A DNA stretch of 64,000 bases from an uncultured Thermoplasmata archaeon (GCA_963768855.1 CAVYJM010000006.1:320001-384000); one strand, 5' to 3'; counted from the stretch's first letter, positions 46,604 through 56,060 are shown. Program-made: numbers and translations. The notes: a model not told the origin generated them from the letters alone.

Positions 46604-48025
46604 TCACCGCCGCTTCCACCGGACCCCGTCGCGCGTGTCCTCGAGCACGATGCCGAGATCGTGGAGCTCGGTCCGGATCCGGTCCGCGGTGGCGAAGTCC
46701 TTGCGCTTCCGCGCGTCCTCGCGGGTCCGGATGAGGTCCTCGATCTTGCGTGCGTCGAGCCCCGCGCCGGTCCCCCGTCCGCGGAACAGGCCGAGGATCT
46801 GTCCGAAGCTTTCGAACGCATCCTTCACGCCGCCGAGCGCCGCGCGTCCCGCGCCGGCGCCGATGGCCCGGTTCACCTCTCGCGCGTATTCGAAGACCGC
46901 GGCCAGGGCCTCCCTCGTGTTGAAGTCGTCCGACATGGCCTCGTCGAACCGGGCGCGGGTCTTTCGGGTGGCCGAAGCGAGCGCCTCGTCGCCGGGGCCG
47001 ACCTCCGGGGGCGACCGGAGGGCCGCCTCGAGGTTCCTCAGGGTCTCGCGCAGGCGCTCGTAGGATCGGCCCGCCTCCTCGATGGCCTCGGGGCTGAAGT
47101 CGATCGGGGAGCGGTAGTGGGCGTTCACCAGGAAGAAACGGACGACCTCCGGGTCCCAGCGGGCGATCGCGTCCTTGATCGCCCAGAAGTTTCCGAGGGA
47201 CTTGTGCATCTCCTCGCCCTTGACCATGAGCATGCCGCCGTGCATCCAGTACCGGACGAACGGCTTCACGCCCGTGTAGGCCTCTGCCTGGGCGACCTCG
47301 GCCTCGTGGTGCGGGAACATCAGCTCCGTCGCGCCCCCGTGCAGGTCGTACTGCGGACCGAAGCGGCTGATCGTGATCGCGGTGTCCTCGATGTGCCACC
47401 CGGGTCGCCCCTTCCCCCACGGGCTGTCCCAAGCAGGCTCGCCAGGCTTCTGCGCCTTCCAGAGAGCGAAGTCCGCGGGGTTCCGTTTCGTCTCATCGAC
47501 CGCGACCCGCGCGCCGGGCCTCAGCTCCTCCATCTTCTGGCCGCTGAGCTTGCCCCAGTCCGCAAACTTCGTCGTGTCGTAGTACACGCCCGTCTCGGTC
47601 ACGTAGGCGTAGCCTCGATCCACGAGGCCTTGGATCTGCTGCAGGATCTCCGGGATGTGGTCCGTCGCGTACGCGTACACGTCGACCGACGTGCAGTTCA
47701 GGGCCTGCATGCCCTCCTGGTACTCGCCGTAGAAGTGACGGACGATCTCCTTCCAGTCCTTCCCGGTCTCCCGCATCTTGTCGATGATGCGGTCCTCGAT
47801 GTCCGTCACGTTCTGCAGGTAGAACACCGCGTAGCCGCGCGAGCGCAGGTATCGCGCGACGACGTCGAACGTGACGTAGGTCTTCGCGTGCCCGAGGTGC
47901 GCCTGGTCCTGCGGGGTGATGCCGCAGACGAACATGGAGACCTGCCGGTCGTGGAGCGGCGTGAAGAGCTCCTTCGATCGCGACAGGGTGTTGTACACCT
48001 GGATGGGCGGCACCTCGTCGGTCAT
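46604..48025 (-). CDS. cysS: Cysteine--tRNA ligase (divergent motifs)
   Basis: FVCG, HLGH (HIGH), DFALWK, WDSPWGKGRPGWHIE, HGG..L.FPHHE.E, HYRSP, C-terminal KDF..AD.IR..L...GI.LED anticodon domain. Confidence 0.95.
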   Translation of the reverse strand: MTDEVPPIQVYNTLSRSKELFTPLHDRQVSMFVCGITPQDQAHLGHAKTYVTFDVVARYLRSRGYAVFYLQNVTDIEDRIIDKMRETGKDWKEIVRHFYGEYQEGMQALNCTSVDVYAYATDHIPEILQQIQGLVDRGYAYVTETGVYYDTTKFADWGKLSGQKMEELRPGARVAVDETKRNPADFALWKAQKPGEPAWDSPWGKGRPGWHIEDTAITISRFGPQYDLHGGATELMFPHHEAEVAQAEAYTGVKPFVRYWMHGGMLMVKGEEMHKSLGNFWAIKDAIARWDPEVVRFFLVNAHYRSPIDFSPEAIEEAGRSYERLRETLRNLEAALRSPPEVGPGDEALASATRKTRARFDEAMSDDFNTREALAAVFEYAREVNRAIGAGAGRAALGGVKDAFESFGQILGLFRGRGTGAGLDARKIEDLIRTREDARKRKDFATADRIRTELHDLGIVLEDTRDGVRWKRR

Positions 48026-48120
48026 GGGCCCGTGTTGATGCGGGGCGGCTCTATTAAAGTTCCTCCGGGCCGACGGGACTTAAGAGACGCCCCGTCCATT
48101 CGGGACCCGTGACGATCCCG

Positions 48121-48792
48121 ATGACGGCCCCGGGACGCACCGTCGAGACGCTCCGCGTCGCGGCCCGACGGCGGCTCCTCTTCGCGGCGTCGTTCCTCGC
48201 CCTCGGCGCGTTGTTCGTCGCGGTCGCCCAGGCGTTCCTCCTGATCTTCGCGCCCGTGGGGGTGGTCTCCGCGCTCATCGTGGGCGCGCTCCTCCTGGTC
48301 CTCGGCCTGAGCTCCGGGGCGTACGGCGCCGTCGTGTTCAGCCGCGCGTTCCCCCTGAGCGAGTCGGGCCGGTCCGGGCGCTTCGCGCTGCTCGCCTCCC
48401 TCCTGGTCGTGCTGCCGATCTCGACGGCGGTCACCGCGCTGTACGTCCTCTTCATCCTCCCGGAGGTTCCCGTCGAGGCGCCGACCGCGCTCGTCCTGAT
48501 CCCCGCGATCCCGTTCTTCTGGGGGCCGGTCTCTTCGGTCGCCGCGGTCGGGTTTGTGTACGCGGCGCGCGAGCTGGCGTCCGAGCGCATGGCGGTGACC
48601 GCGGCGGTCGGATGCGGCGCGATCATCGCCGTCTCTCTGTCTGCGGTCGGCGGGGCCCTCGCCGAGCCCGTGCGAGCCCTCCGGAGCGCGCGGCTCACGG
48701 AGGATCTGCTCCTGGTCGCGCTCGGGTTCCTCGCGATCGCGCTCGCCTTCCAGGTGGACGCGTGGGTCGCGCGTTCGCGGCGCGCGCCGTGA
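48121..48792 (+). CDS. Hypothetical polytopic membrane protein
   Basis: About 6-7 hydrophobic segments; divergent from cysS. Confidence 0.75.
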   Translation: MTAPGRTVETLRVAARRRLLFAASFLALGALFVAVAQAFLLIFAPVGVVSALIVGALLLVLGLSSGAYGAVVFSRAFPLSESGRSGRFALLASLLVVLPISTAVTALYVLFILPEVPVEAPTALVLIPAIPFFWGPVSSVAAVGFVYAARELASERMAVTAAVGCGAIIAVSLSAVGGALAEPVRALRSARLTEDLLLVALGFLAIALAFQVDAWVARSRRAP

Positions 48793-48796
48793 CGGG

Positions 48797-48814
48797 TTGA
48801 CAGCGCCTTGTCAA
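48797..48814. promoter_or_regulatory. Inverted repeat TTGACA-N6-TGTCAA, putative transcription-factor operator
   Basis: Perfect 6+6 palindrome directly before AAGACTTAT (BRE/TATA-like) of the next gene. Confidence 0.55.
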
Positions 48815-48838
48815 AAGACTTATCCCCCGCAGGCCCGG

Positions 48839-49600
48839 ATGCACGGCCTCACCATGGCGGGAACCTCCCCCACCCTCCGTGCCCCCCGCGTGCGAGCGCT
48901 CTGGCCCCGCCAGCTGCACCGCGCCGCGATCTGCCTGTCCGCGGGGTCCGTGCTGTACTGGTTCGCCTTCGCGTTCAGCGGCTGGGCGATATGGATTGAC
49001 CACGTCGGGATTGTCTACATGGACCTGCTCCTCGCCTGGGTCGGGGTGCTGCTCAACGCCCTCGCCTGGCCGGACCTGTGGGATGGGTTGAAGGGCCTCG
49101 TGGCCTCCCACCCCGGCAAGGTCGACGCGCTCGTCGCGCGACGGTCGTTCTACGTGAGCCTCGGGCTCGTCGCGGCCGCCGTCGCGATCCTCCCGGTCCA
49201 GTACCGCGGCATCGGCCCGACGGGACTCTGGGTCCTCGTCCTCTACATCAGCGCGTTCCCCTACCTCGCGTGGCTCTTCGTGCCCACCCTTGCGCTCCAC
49301 GGTATCCTCTTCGGCCGCGTCGGGAACTTCCTCGACGGCCCGTCGCGGCGCCTCACGGACGTGGGCGCGATGGTCTTGTTCGCCGTCGCGGCGGCCACCA
49401 CCGCGATCGTCCTCCAGTCCCCCACCGCGAGCGTGTTCCTTCAGTCCTGGAGCGTCGGCTACGGGGTCCTGCCCGCCGCTGCGTGCGTGGGCTACGTCTT
49501 GGTCGCAGCGGGCCTCACGATGCACTCGCTCCCGGAGCCCGTCCCGACGCGCGGATGGGGCGCCGCGAAGACGCCGCGGGCGCCCGAGCGTTGGGCCTAG
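48839..49600 (+). CDS. Hypothetical polytopic membrane protein
   Basis: About 6-7 TM helices; stop overlaps the convergent CGL stop. Confidence 0.75.
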   Translation: MHGLTMAGTSPTLRAPRVRALWPRQLHRAAICLSAGSVLYWFAFAFSGWAIWIDHVGIVYMDLLLAWVGVLLNALAWPDLWDGLKGLVASHPGKVDALVARRSFYVSLGLVAAAVAILPVQYRGIGPTGLWVLVLYISAFPYLAWLFVPTLALHGILFGRVGNFLDGPSRRLTDVGAMVLFAVAAATTAIVLQSPTASVFLQSWSVGYGVLPAAACVGYVLVAAGLTMHSLPEPVPTRGWGAAKTPRAPERWA

Positions 49601-50721
49601 GCGAGCACCCGGCCCAGGTCCTCGAGGATGTCGTCCACATCCTCGATCCCGACGGAGAACCGAACGAGCCCGTCCGTGATGCCCTGTTTCAGCCGTTGGT
49701 CCTTCGGGACGCTGGCGTGAGTCATCGAGTCAGGGTGCTCGATGAGGGACTCGACGCCGCCGAGACTCTCCGCCAGGGTGAGGATCTGCACGCGGCGCAG
49801 GCGCTCGACCGCGTGGGCGGCGTCCTTGAGCTCGAAGCTCAGCATGCCGCCGAAGCGTCGCATCTGCTTCTTCGCGATCGCGTGACCCGGATCGTCGAGC
49901 AGGCCCGGGTAGTGGACTTTGGAGACCGCCGGGTGGCCGTGGAGGAACTTCGCGACGGCCTCCGCGTTGTCGCAGTGCCGCTCCATGCGGACCGGGAGGG
50001 TCTTGATCCCGCGCAGGACGAGCCACGCGTCGAACGCCCCGGGCACGGCGCCGAGGGCGTTCTGCGCGAACTTGAGCTTCTCGAACAGGTCCTCGCGGTC
50101 CATGACCAGGGCGCCGCCGAGGACGTCCGCGTGGCCGCCGAGGTACTTCGTCATGCTGTGCACGACCAGGTCCGCGCCAAGGCGTAGCGGGTTCTGCAGG
50201 GCGGGCGAGGCGAACGTGTTGTCACAGACGCTGATCGCCTCGTGGGCCTTCGCGATCACTGCGAGCTCCCGGATGTCCACGACCTTCATGAGCGGGTTCG
50301 TCGGGGACTCCATCCAGAGCATCCGGGTCTCCGGACGGAACGCGTCCTCCACGTCCACGAGGTCCCGCAGGTCGAGGAAGCTCGTCTCGATCCCGTAGTT
50401 CGCCATGAAGCGCGTGAAGATCCGGTAGACGCCGCCGTAGCAGTCGTCCGAGATGACGACGTGGTCCCCCTTCTTCAGGAGGCTCAGTGCGGTCGTGATG
50501 CCGCCCATCCCGCTCGAGAAAGCGAGCGCGTGCTTCGCGTCCTCGAGCGCGGCCAGGTTCGTCTCGAGCGCCGCCCGCGTCGGGTTGATCCCCCGCGCGT
50601 AGTCGTACTCCTTCTGCTCCTTCTGGGAGTATGTCGACGTCATGTAGATGGGCGGGGTCACGGCCCCGGTCCTGGGCTCCGGTTCCTGGCCGGCGTGGAT
50701 GGCCTTCGTCGCGAATCGCAT
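49597..50721 (-). CDS. Cystathionine gamma-lyase/synthase family PLP enzyme
   Basis: TKAIHAG, PIYMTSTY, Y.RGINPT, FSSGM, ESPTNP, DNTF, HSMTKYLGGH, LAESLGGVESL, RFSVGIED. Confidence 0.93.
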   Translation of the reverse strand: MRFATKAIHAGQEPEPRTGAVTPPIYMTSTYSQKEQKEYDYARGINPTRAALETNLAALEDAKHALAFSSGMGGITTALSLLKKGDHVVISDDCYGGVYRIFTRFMANYGIETSFLDLRDLVDVEDAFRPETRMLWMESPTNPLMKVVDIRELAVIAKAHEAISVCDNTFASPALQNPLRLGADLVVHSMTKYLGGHADVLGGALVMDREDLFEKLKFAQNALGAVPGAFDAWLVLRGIKTLPVRMERHCDNAEAVAKFLHGHPAVSKVHYPGLLDDPGHAIAKKQMRRFGGMLSFELKDAAHAVERLRRVQILTLAESLGGVESLIEHPDSMTHASVPKDQRLKQGITDGLVRFSVGIEDVDDILEDLGRVLA

Positions 50722-50766
50722 CGAGATCGCCGGAGCGAGACTCACCCGCCCGGCGTAAAAGGTTTG

Positions 50767-50792
50767 CTGAGTCCCCGCGCGCGGGGACTCAG
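50767..50792. repeat. Perfect 26-bp palindrome CTGAGTCCCCGCGCGCGGGGACTCAG
   Basis: Self-reverse-complementary over 26 nt; sits just upstream of the AAACCTTTTA promoter-like element of the CGL gene. Confidence 0.9.
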
Positions 50793-50813
50793 GGGTCGAC
50801 CGGGTGGGCGACC

Positions 50814-51569
50814 TCACCACGTGCGGGATTGGGCCGCGCGGTGGTCCCCGGAGTTTCCCGGGTCTGAGGCCCGAAGGTCGGCGACGTGCCCGTGGATCTG
50901 CAGAAGTGCGATAGCCGGGTCCGCGAGGTGGCCCTTGGCGTCCTTCTTCATCTGGCCGTACGTCTCGTTGTGCTCGCACCGCGCACGCACTCCGTGGGCG
51001 GGCGCCGACTCCGGGATGTCCGGGCAGGCCGCATGGGCCCATCCCGGCGGGACCTGGTGCCCGTTGCCGCCCGGCGGGGGCGGAGTCGCCGGGGCCGTCG
51101 TCTTGAAGGTGAGCGGGCTGCCCGTCACGAAGCCGCCACCGAGCGCCCACGCCCGGAAGTAGTACGTCGTGTTCGAACTGAGCCCCGTGAGGACGGAGCT
51201 GAGCCCTCCGGCGGCCGTTCGCGGGCCCACGGTCAGGTTCGTCATGCCCCCGAAATCCGCGAGCTCGGAGTACTGGAACCCGACGGTCACCGAGGTCGCG
51301 GTGCCCAGGCTGGTGAGATCTCCGTTCAGGGTCGCGCCGGTCAGCCCGATCGCGGTCGCAGCCTTCGTGGCGACGCCCGGCGGGGTCACCGTCGGCGGGG
51401 TCACGGGCGGGTTGTTCGTGTTGTTCCCGCCTCCGGGGGTACCCGGGTTGTTCGGGACCGTGCTCGTCGGGATCGGTTGCTGCAGCAGGAGAACCGCGAG
51501 GATCACAATCATCGCGCCAATGATCGCGGTGGTCACATAGGTCAAACGCCGCTTCTTCGTCGGATCCAT
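50814..51569 (-). CDS. Membrane-anchored extracellular protein with Pro/Thr linker and FN3-like domain
   Basis: N-terminal TM, NNPGTPGGGNNTNNPPVTPPTVTPP linker, A..IG.T.ATLNG.L...LTGLSSNTTYYFRA FN3-like pattern, His/Cys-rich tail. Confidence 0.8.
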   Translation of the reverse strand: MDPTKKRRLTYVTTAIIGAMIVILAVLLLQQPIPTSTVPNNPGTPGGGNNTNNPPVTPPTVTPPGVATKAATAIGLTGATLNGDLTSLGTATSVTVGFQYSELADFGGMTNLTVGPRTAAGGLSSVLTGLSSNTTYYFRAWALGGGFVTGSPLTFKTTAPATPPPPGGNGHQVPPGWAHAACPDIPESAPAHGVRARCEHNETYGQMKKDAKGHLADPAIALLQIHGHVADLRASDPGNSGDHRAAQSRTW

Positions 51570-51830
51570 GGTATGCCCTCATCCATCGGGCTGAGGCCGG
51601 GACACACCGCAGGAACCCCTCATCGCGATGCGGCCGGTGCTCGAAGCGCAGAATACGGCAGAAGATGCCTCAAGCTTCCCGTCCCACCTTGCCCGCGAAG
51701 GACAGCGGCTCCCCCCACTCAAGCGTTTCGGTCGAAAAGGGCCGTTTCCACTGGAGGAATGCTCGAAAACGGGCCTACCCCTGGGCAGGGCGTCCCCCCC
51801 GCGGAGCGCGCCGGGCCCCGCCCGGGACCG

Positions 51831-53201
51831 TCAGTCTCGTCCCGCGAGGTACTGGATGATGTCGCTGCGGGTGATGATCCCCTCGAGGCGGTTCTCCGAT
51901 CCGACGACGACCGCCGGGTTCCCGTGCAGGAGGAGCTTGTAGACCGTGTCGAGGTCGGCGCCGGGCTCCACGACCGGGAAGGGCTTATCCATGACCTTGG
52001 CGACGTGGTCGTCGTACATCCTCGGATTCTCGAGGAGGGCCTTCATCAGGACCTCCTCGCGCAGCGAGCCGACCATGATCCCGGTGTCGAGGACCGGGAG
52101 CTGGGAGATGCCGTACTGGCTCATGACGTCGACCGCCTCGCGGACCTTCGCGGCCACGTCGATCGTGATGACGCCGGGGAACTGGCCCGACTTCGAGTGC
52201 ACGATCGTGAGGAGCGGGGCGAGCGGTTCTTCGAGATAACCTTGCTCCTTGAGCCATTCCTCGTTGTGCGCCTTCGAGAGGTAGCGCAGGCCGCTGTCGG
52301 GCAAGAGGACGACGAGGACGTCGTCGGGCCCCAGGGTCTCCGCGACCCGCCTCGCGCCGACGAGCGCGGCCCCGCTCGAGCTCCCCGCCAGGAGGCCCTC
52401 TTCGCGGGTGAGCCGCCGCGTCATCAGGTACGCCTCTTTGTCCGAGACCTTCTCGACATCGTCGATGTACTGGAACCACGTGGTCCCCGGGATGAAGTCC
52501 TCGCCGATTCCCTCGATCATGTAGGGATGGCCTTTCGTTCGCTCCTTCTTGTAGAAATAGTCCTTTAGAATGGAGCCGAGCGGATCGACCCCGATGACCT
52601 TGACCCGGGGGTTCTTCTCCTTGAGGAACTTGCCGACCCCGCTGATCGTGCCGCCCGTCCCCATCCCGCACACGAAGTGCGTCACCTTGCCGTCCGTGTC
52701 CCGCCAGATCTCCGGCCCCGTCGTCTCGTAGTGGGCCTGCGGGTTCATCGGGTTCGCGTACTGGTTGGGCAGGATGGAGTTCGGCGTCTCCTTGTGGATG
52801 CGGGCCGCGACGCTGTAGTAGGACTCGGGATGCTCGGGCGCGACCGCGGTCGGCGTCACGACCACGCGGGCGCCGAAGGCCTTGAGCGCGTCAATTTTCT
52901 CGCGGCTCATCTTGTCCGGAATCGTGAACACCATCCGGTAGCCTCGGATGGCGCCGACCATCGCGAGGCCCGTGCCGGTGTTCCCGCTCGTGGGCTCGAC
53001 GATCGTGCCGCCCGCTTTCAGGTCGCCCCGCTTCTCGGCGTCCTCGATCATCTTCTGGCCGATGCGGTCCTTCACGCTGCCGCCCGGGTTGAACATCTCG
53101 AGCTTCGCGAGGACAAGCCCTTTCGTCCCCGCGAAGAGCTTCGGGAGTTTGACGAGCGGCGTGTTCCCGATCGTCTCCAGGATGCTGTTGTAGTACCGCA
53201 T
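51831..53201 (-). CDS. cbs: Cystathionine beta-synthase with C-terminal CBS domains
   Basis: IGNTPLV, KLEMFNPGGSVKDR, EPTSGNTG, QYANPMN, GMGTGGT, IEGIG, DSG.RYLSK; tandem CBS domains. Confidence 0.92.
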   Translation of the reverse strand: MRYYNSILETIGNTPLVKLPKLFAGTKGLVLAKLEMFNPGGSVKDRIGQKMIEDAEKRGDLKAGGTIVEPTSGNTGTGLAMVGAIRGYRMVFTIPDKMSREKIDALKAFGARVVVTPTAVAPEHPESYYSVAARIHKETPNSILPNQYANPMNPQAHYETTGPEIWRDTDGKVTHFVCGMGTGGTISGVGKFLKEKNPRVKVIGVDPLGSILKDYFYKKERTKGHPYMIEGIGEDFIPGTTWFQYIDDVEKVSDKEAYLMTRRLTREEGLLAGSSSGAALVGARRVAETLGPDDVLVVLLPDSGLRYLSKAHNEEWLKEQGYLEEPLAPLLTIVHSKSGQFPGVITIDVAAKVREAVDVMSQYGISQLPVLDTGIMVGSLREEVLMKALLENPRMYDDHVAKVMDKPFPVVEPGADLDTVYKLLLHGNPAVVVGSENRLEGIITRSDIIQYLAGRD

Positions 53202-53263
53202 GGAGGCCCGATGCTCCCCCGACAAACTTGCCCATGCCCCGGGCGCTATAAGAACGTGCGCGG

Positions 53264-53926
53264 CTAGGCCGCTGGCATCGCGGGAGGCCAGGTCTGGTAG
53301 GTGGCCCAGCCGATTGCGAGGTCTCCGCCTAGGTAGGACGAACTGATGGACAGGCTGATGCGGGTCCCTGCGGGTCCGCTGTAGAAGACCCACAGGCTGG
53401 GCGGGCCCGTGCAGTTGGAGGGCTGGGCCGTGCAATTCGTGGACACCATCATCGTGGGACTCGTGTCGGGGAATACGGAGGGGCGCGGAACCGCGGACAC
53501 GGTCGTCTCGATGGTCGCCGAACCCGTGAAGCGGACGAAGAGGCCGCGCCCCTTCGGCGTGTCGACGAGACTCCAGTTCGCCGTCCCGGAGGTGAGATGG
53601 AGTCCTCCGAGGAGGCTCTCGTCCTTGGCAATTGGGGCGACAAGCGATTCGGGCGCGGTGCCGTTTCCCTGGATGGCCAGGGAGTAGCCGAAGGTCCAGG
53701 TGTTCTGGGCCACGTACGACTGGTACGCGCTGTACACGGACAGGCCGGTGACCGTGGCGAGCCCCAGAGCCAGGGCGACGATGGCGACGGCCGTGCCCCG
53801 CCGAGGTGTCCGTTGGTATCTGAAGACGGCGACCAAGAGGCCGACGAGGAGGATGGCGGCAAGGACGAGGGGCAAGGCCAATCCGAAAGCCGATTGCATC
53901 GGCGGGGCGGCCGGGGACACGGGCAT
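53264..53926 (-). CDS. Membrane-anchored (2 TM) extracellular beta-rich hypothetical protein
   Basis: GGAGG RBS, two N-terminal TMs, N-glycosylation sequons, C-x6-C pair; directly downstream of tRNA-Cys. Confidence 0.75.
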   Translation of the reverse strand: MPVSPAAPPMQSAFGLALPLVLAAILLVGLLVAVFRYQRTPRRGTAVAIVALALGLATVTGLSVYSAYQSYVAQNTWTFGYSLAIQGNGTAPESLVAPIAKDESLLGGLHLTSGTANWSLVDTPKGRGLFVRFTGSATIETTVSAVPRPSVFPDTSPTMMVSTNCTAQPSNCTGPPSLWVFYSGPAGTRISLSISSSYLGGDLAIGWATYQTWPPAMPAA

Positions 53927-54006
53927 GCCTCCGAGTGCACAGGCGCCGCCGGGACCATGAAAGCTTCTAGATTGTTCGGTTCCGGCCGACGCCGGCCGCC
54001 GTGCCA

Positions 54007-54079
54007 TGCCGGGGGAGGGAGTCGAACCCTCTGGATACCGATCTGCAGTCGGTCACATTAGCCGCTCTGTCACCCCGGC
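54007..54079 (-). tRNA. trnC: tRNA-Cys (anticodon GCA), discriminator reads A
   Basis: GCCGGGG/CCCCGGC acceptor stem, ACCGA-CTGCAGA-TCGGT anticodon arm, GAGGG-TTCGACT-CCCTC T arm. Confidence 0.95.
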
Positions 54080-54113
54080 TCCCGCGGCCCATCCGGGCCA
54101 TGGTAATTGAATC

Positions 54114-54137
54114 TTGTCAAAAAGGTGTGCTTGACAA
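54114..54137. promoter_or_regulatory. Inverted repeat TTGTCAA-N10-TTGACAA upstream of tRNA-Cys
   Basis: Perfect 7+7 inverted repeat adjoining the AT-rich tRNA promoter region (54102-54113). Confidence 0.55.
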
Positions 54138-54217
54138 CCTACGGGAATCCGGACCTCCGGAGGCCGTTCGGGCGGGCAGCAAGCCAGTGCAGGAGCGAAT
54201 CCCGACACCGAACGCCG

Positions 54218-54244
54218 CCCGGCATAGCCCTTCCGGCCGCTCGG
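54218..54244 (-). repeat. Dispersed repeat, copy 3 (inverted)
   Basis: Reverse complement of 54218-54239 equals 5866-5887 exactly (22 nt). Confidence 0.85.
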
Positions 54245-54366
54245 TGGGTTGTCAAATCGAGACCGATGATTGAATTTTTTCGAAGGACGATTCGCCTCCG
54301 GGCGAGTTGCATCCAGCCTACGCGCTCGAACAAGGTATTTATGACCCGGGCCTCTGTGCGAGTGCG

Positions 54367-55650
54367 ATGGCGGGCCCGAAGACGATCGTCGACGCGGTCC
54401 ATGGCACGATCCGCCTCGAGCCGCTGATTCTCGATCTGCTCGAGACGCTCGAGATCCAGCGGCTCAACTCGATCCGCCAGCTCGGGCTCACGTACCTCGT
54501 CTTCCCCGGCGCGAACCACTCTCGGATCGAGCACTGCCTCGGGGTGAGCTGGGTGGCCAACGAGATGGCCCGCGCGCTCGACCTGCCCGAGGAGGAGCGC
54601 AAGCTCGTGCAGGCCGCCGGCCTGCTGCATGACGTCGGCCACGGACCGTACTCCCACACCCTCGAGCACGTCCTGAGCCGCGAGCTCGCGGTCGACCACA
54701 TGCACCTCACCCAGCGGCTCATCACGGGCGAGGACGACAACGTCGGGGCGGAGGACCGGAAGGCCTTCCCCGACGTGCCGCGGATCCACGAGGTCCTCCA
54801 GGAGCACGGGGTCTCGCCGAAGGAGGTCGCCGCGCTGATCCGGGGACCGTCCGACTCGGGTGGACTTTTCGGCAAGTCGACCCGGGACGACCACCGCTAC
54901 CTGGGCCAGATCATCCACAGCCCGATGGATGCGGACCAGATCGACTACCTGTTGCGGGACGCCCACTACACGGGCGTGAGCCAGGGCCGCATCGACATCG
55001 CCCGTCTCCTGCTGACCTTGCGGCTCCACCATGGGTCCCTGGCGCTGGACCGCAAGGGCCTCCCCGCCCTCGAGGGCATGCTCGTGGCTCGAGGCCTCAT
55101 GTACTCGTCCGTCTACTTCCACAAGACCGTGCGAATCGCGGAGCAGATGCTCGCCCGCTCCGTCGAGCGCTCGGAGGCCTCCATCGCGGACGTCCAGAAG
55201 ATGGTGGACCACGAACTGCTGGCGTGGCTCATGCACCAAGGGAAGTTCCAGCGGGAGATCGCGCTCCGCGTGCGCTACCGCAAGCTGTACAAGCGCGTCC
55301 TCGCGCTCGACAAGGACGAGCTGTCGGAGGACGCGAAGGCCACCCTGGCGTCCTTCAAGGACGCGCGCGCGCGACGGCGGTTGGAGGACCGGATCGCGCG
55401 CCGGGCCGGGCTCGAGCCCGGCCAGGTCCTCGTCGACGTCCCGCTGCCGGAACTGCTGATCAGCGAGCCGCGGATCGCGAAGACGGAGGTCATGATCCTG
55501 GACGACGGCGAGGCGAGGCCCTTTTCCCGCGTCAGCCCACTCGGCCGCGCGCTCCAGATTCGCCAGGTCACGGATTGGGTCGTCATGGTCGCCGCGCCGC
55601 CCCAGGCGGTGGACGCCGTCCGGAAGGCGTGCCAGGCCACGTTCCTCTAG
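54367..55650 (+). CDS. HD-domain phosphohydrolase (dNTP triphosphohydrolase/SAMHD1-like)
   Basis: DAVHG, QRL..IRQLG...VFPGANHSR.EH, LLHDVGHGPYSH, DAD..DYLLRD, VYFHK. Confidence 0.9.
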   Translation: MAGPKTIVDAVHGTIRLEPLILDLLETLEIQRLNSIRQLGLTYLVFPGANHSRIEHCLGVSWVANEMARALDLPEEERKLVQAAGLLHDVGHGPYSHTLEHVLSRELAVDHMHLTQRLITGEDDNVGAEDRKAFPDVPRIHEVLQEHGVSPKEVAALIRGPSDSGGLFGKSTRDDHRYLGQIIHSPMDADQIDYLLRDAHYTGVSQGRIDIARLLLTLRLHHGSLALDRKGLPALEGMLVARGLMYSSVYFHKTVRIAEQMLARSVERSEASIADVQKMVDHELLAWLMHQGKFQREIALRVRYRKLYKRVLALDKDELSEDAKATLASFKDARARRRLEDRIARRAGLEPGQVLVDVPLPELLISEPRIAKTEVMILDDGEARPFSRVSPLGRALQIRQVTDWVVMVAAPPQAVDAVRKACQATFL

Positions 55651-55790
55651 CGGGATTCGGACGATTCGGACCGAGACCCAAAGGCAGAATAGCGAGTGCC
55701 GGCCTTGCGGTCCGCCGCCGACCTCCCGCGAGGCCGGACCGCAGGAAGCATCCCTTGGCGAGCGACTCGGACCCGCAACGACCGACGCGC

Positions 55791-56060
55791 GTGTTCCGCT
55801 CCTTCAAGGAGCGGTACGAAGCGGACCGCGAATTCGACGCGAAGGCGCCGTGGCGGGACTGGGTGCGCCAGCGCTATGCGAAGCAGTGGTACGCGTTCGG
55901 TTGTGCCCTCCTCGACGTGATGGTCGTGGGCACGATCCTCCAGGTTGCGGATCTGTCGCAACTCTGGCCGTACGGTTTGTCCATCACGATCGTCGTCGGC
56001 TTGACGTATCTGGAGCTCAAAGGCCTCCAGCGTTTCTGGCCGCGAAAACCTCCTGTGTGA
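55791..56060 (+). CDS. Small membrane protein (89 aa, 2 TM)
   Basis: 3' part of track ORF 55224..56060 from GTG 55791; two hydrophobic helices. Confidence 0.65.
   Translation: MFRSFKERYEADREFDAKAPWRDWVRQRYAKQWYAFGCALLDVMVVGTILQVADLSQLWPYGLSITIVVGLTYLELKGLQRFWPRKPPV

Noticed and set aside
46604-48025. MshC-like cysteine ligase instead of CysRS
   Set aside because: The full C-terminal anticodon-binding domain is present.
54007-54250. Integrated element with att sites at tRNA-Cys
   Set aside because: I found no duplicate of the tRNA 3' end and no integrase in the window; kept only as one explanation for A73.
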